Below are positions 15,497-18,830 of a stretch of DNA of 18,830 bases, one piece after another; positions within the stretch are counted from its first letter, which is position 1, and each line of letters starts with the position of its first letter. Both the position numbers and the translations under genes were made by a program. Below the pieces are notes generated by a model. That model was not told the DNA's origin. It did not search any database and saw only the letters and a list, made by a program, of their open reading frames with translations. Source of the DNA: Armatimonadota bacterium (GTDB taxonomy: Bacteria; Sysuimicrobiota; Sysuimicrobiia; Sysuimicrobiales; Humicultoraceae); the NCBI GenBank assembly GCA_037446215.1, contig JBBIJB010000040.1:1646-20475 (forward strand). The letters run 5' to 3'.

Positions 15497-16648
15497 ATGC
15501 GCAGGCTATCAGTGTTGATCGCGTTTCTGCTGATCCTTGGATTGATCGTGCCGGTAGGCGCCCAGCAGAAGCTCAAGGCCGGCTGGGTATACGTCGGGCC
15601 GATAGGTGACTACGGCTGGACACATGCTCACGATGTGGGCAGGCGGATCGCCCAGCAGAAGCTCCCCTGGCTGGAGACGATCTACGTCGAGAAGGTTCCT
15701 GAAGGTCAGGTCGAGACGTTCATAGAGCGCATGATCCAGCAGCAGGCGCGGGTCATATTCACGACGAGCTTCGGGTTCATGGACGGGACGCTCGCCGCCG
15801 CGAAGCGCTACCCCAACCACGCCTTTGCCCACGCCTCGGGGTTCAAGCGCGCGCCCAACATGGCTACCTACATGGCCGATTTCTACCAGGTCTACTACCT
15901 CAACGGCCTCATGGCCGGCGCTATCACCAAGAGCGGCAAGATCGGCTACGTAGGGGCCTTCCCGATACCCGAGGTCAAGCGTCACATCGGCGCGTTCGCG
16001 CTGGGCGTCCGCGCCGTCAACCCAAGGGCCACGGTGCACGTCCGCTGGATCTTCGAGTGGTTCAACCCCGCGGCGGCCAAGGAGGCGACCGAGGCACTGA
16101 TAGCGGAGGGAGCGGATGTCCTGGCCTTCACCGAGGACTCACCCACCGTCGTGCAGGTGGCGGCCAAACGCAACCTTCCCAGCTTCGGTCACTACTCGCC
16201 GATGCAGAAGTTCGCCCCGAAGCACGTCGTATCAGGGCAGCTGGTTCACTGGGACAGGATCTACATCGACTTCCTGTCCAAGATATACTCCGGCAGGTAC
16301 ACCCCGGACAACCTCAAGGACGTCGACTACTGGTGGCTGCTGGCCGAGCGCGCGGTCGAGCTCGGCGGCGAGCCCGGAGTGCCGATCAACCCCGAGTGGA
16401 AGGCCCGGCTTCAGGCGGTCCGGGTGAGGACACCTGACCTGGGGATGCTCTCGGTGCACGACCTCGTGGTGAAGCGCCTCGCGCAGATGTCGGATCCCAA
16501 GATGCTGTTCGATCCCTTCACCGGGCCCATCAGCGACCGGAAGGGAGTGCTGCGGGTTCCCGCGGGCAAGCGGATGACCGTGGGCGAGCTGAACTCCATG
16601 GAGTGGGCGGCGCCCGGGATCGTCGGCCCCTGGCCGAAAGAGCCGTAG
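15497..16648 (+). CDS. BMP/PnrA family ABC substrate-binding protein (probably purine nucleoside)
   Basis: Signal peptide, GWVYVGPIGDYGWTHAHD.GR, IFTTSFGFMD, KIGYVGAFPIPEV, WFNP..AKEA..ALI..GADV; strong SD AGGAGG. Confidence 0.92.
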   Translation: MRRLSVLIAFLLILGLIVPVGAQQKLKAGWVYVGPIGDYGWTHAHDVGRRIAQQKLPWLETIYVEKVPEGQVETFIERMIQQQARVIFTTSFGFMDGTLAAAKRYPNHAFAHASGFKRAPNMATYMADFYQVYYLNGLMAGAITKSGKIGYVGAFPIPEVKRHIGAFALGVRAVNPRATVHVRWIFEWFNPAAAKEATEALIAEGADVLAFTEDSPTVVQVAAKRNLPSFGHYSPMQKFAPKHVVSGQLVHWDRIYIDFLSKIYSGRYTPDNLKDVDYWWLLAERAVELGGEPGVPINPEWKARLQAVRVRTPDLGMLSVHDLVVKRLAQMSDPKMLFDPFTGPISDRKGVLRVPAGKRMTVGELNSMEWAAPGIVGPWPKEP

Positions 16649-16667
16649 AAGCGAGTCAGTGCACGAC

Positions 16668-16707
16668 GGCGGGCCCGGCCTGCACGCGGCCCGGGCCCGC
16701 CTTGATT
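16668..16707 (+). terminator. Intrinsic terminator of the ABC operon
   Basis: GGCGGGCCCGG (16668-16678) / CCGGGCCCGCC (16691-16701) perfect 11-bp stem followed by TTGATT, ~20 nt after the BMP stop. Confidence 0.7.
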
Positions 16708-16730
16708 GCAGGCCGCCCCGTTGCTAGGAT
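16702..16730 (+). promoter_or_regulatory. Sigma70 promoter of the XRE-TPR gene (near-leaderless)
   Basis: TTGATT-N17-TAGGAT with an extended -10 TG (TGCTAGGAT); ATG follows after 9 nt, no SD. Confidence 0.65.
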
Positions 16731-16739
16731 GTGTTTACT

Positions 16740-17657
16740 ATGACTCAACAGACGAGAGAGCAGAGAGGTCGCCCTTCGAGTGGCTGGCCGGCCGGCTTCG
16801 GTCGCCGCCTCCTTCGCGCGCGGACCCGTGCGGGACTGACCCAGCAGGCGCTCGGCGCGCCCGATCTGAGCAAGAGCTTCGTCAGCCTGCTGGAGGCGGG
16901 CCGATCGCACCCGTCGATCGAGACGGCGATGGCGCTCGCCAGGCGCGTCGGGGGATCGATCGCAGCGCTCCTCCTCGAGCCCGACGACCTGGCCGCTGAG
17001 ACCGCCTTCAACCTCCTGCAGATCGCGTCTGAACCAGGGCCCATAGCGCGGGCGGCCGATGCCACGCGCCTCGTGGAGGCAGCGGAGACGCTGCTCCCGG
17101 AGATGCCGGGTGAGATGCGCGCGATGGCGCAGATGGCGCGGGCACGGATCGCGCTGGCGTCGGGCGACCTGCGGGAGGCGGAGACCAGGGCCGAAGAGGC
17201 GGCCGGCAGCGCGAGGGCCGTTGGGGCGGGCGGTCTGTTGGGCATGGCGATCGCGGTCCGAGGAGAGGCCCTGCTGCAGAGGCAGGACTACTCGGGGGCC
17301 CTTCGAGTGCTGGATGAGGCGACGGTCACGATGCAGCGCGCCAAGGCGATCCGGACGGAGGAAGGTGTGAGCGCGCTCATCCTCCTGGGGAGGGCGGCGC
17401 AGGGTGCGGGCCGCCTAGACACGGCCAGGAAGGCCTACCGGCGCGCGGTCGAGCTGGCGGCCAGGATCGACGCCCGCGACCCGAGGGCCGAGGCCCTGGC
17501 AGGGCTGGCCTCGGTCGAGAGCGCCGCGGGCCGAACAGCCGTGGCAGGTTCGTTGCTCGCACAGGTCGCCGGACTACGGGAGAAGGCGAGTCCGGTCTCT
17601 GTGGCCGGCGGGACGACGGCACAGCTTCCCCCGAGTCCGCGGGAGGGGCCGTCCTAG
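16740..17657 (+). CDS. XRE-family HTH transcriptional regulator with C-terminal TPR-like repeats
   Basis: [20 protein letters not shown]...[16 protein letters not shown] is an HTH_3 pattern, followed by Ala-rich helical TPR-like units (LG.A....G.LD.A..AY.RA.ELA). GTG 16731 abuts the -10 box, so ATG 16740 is preferred. Confidence 0.85.
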   Translation: MTQQTREQRGRPSSGWPAGFGRRLLRARTRAGLTQQALGAPDLSKSFVSLLEAGRSHPSIETAMALARRVGGSIAALLLEPDDLAAETAFNLLQIASEPGPIARAADATRLVEAAETLLPEMPGEMRAMAQMARARIALASGDLREAETRAEEAAGSARAVGAGGLLGMAIAVRGEALLQRQDYSGALRVLDEATVTMQRAKAIRTEEGVSALILLGRAAQGAGRLDTARKAYRRAVELAARIDARDPRAEALAGLASVESAAGRTAVAGSLLAQVAGLREKASPVSVAGGTTAQLPPSPREGPS

Positions 17658-17672
17658 TGGGCGGGGGTGCGG

Positions 17673-18830
<1,158 letters not shown>

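Noticed and set aside
16649..17672. Cognate signalling-peptide gene for the XRE-TPR regulator
   Set aside because: No short ORF with an SD and signal-peptide character flanks the gene, so an RRNPP quorum-sensing cassette is not supported.

Overview
GC-rich bacterial chromosomal window packed with housekeeping genes; no mobile element, CRISPR array, rRNA or tRNA was seen. The minus-strand block (10732 to 185) runs: HEAT-repeat protein, cutA, MEMO1/AmmeMemoRadiSam-B, surE, ftsE, ftsX, EnvC-like M23 peptidase, ctpA-type S41 protease, YibQ-like divergent polysaccharide deacetylase, glutamate dehydrogenase-family protein, proline dehydrogenase. The divergent plus-strand block runs: a small, apparently leaderless PD-(D/E)xK/T7-endonuclease-I-like protein coupled to hpt, a BMP-type nucleoside ABC transporter (4 genes), an XRE-HTH/TPR regulator, and glnS (runs off the right edge; missing from the ORF track). 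Most notable: (1) the nuclease-fold protein lacking the canonical catalytic Lys and coupled to HPRT within a purine-salvage neighbourhood; (2) a GDH with several substitutions at normally conserved cofactor-site residues, possibly a regulatory subunit; (3) four intergenic sigmaH-like promoters (AGGA-N17/18-GAA); (4) a HEAT-CutA-MEMO operon; (5) a possible ATC start codon for ftsX. All family assignments come from motif recognition by eye, not from database searches.
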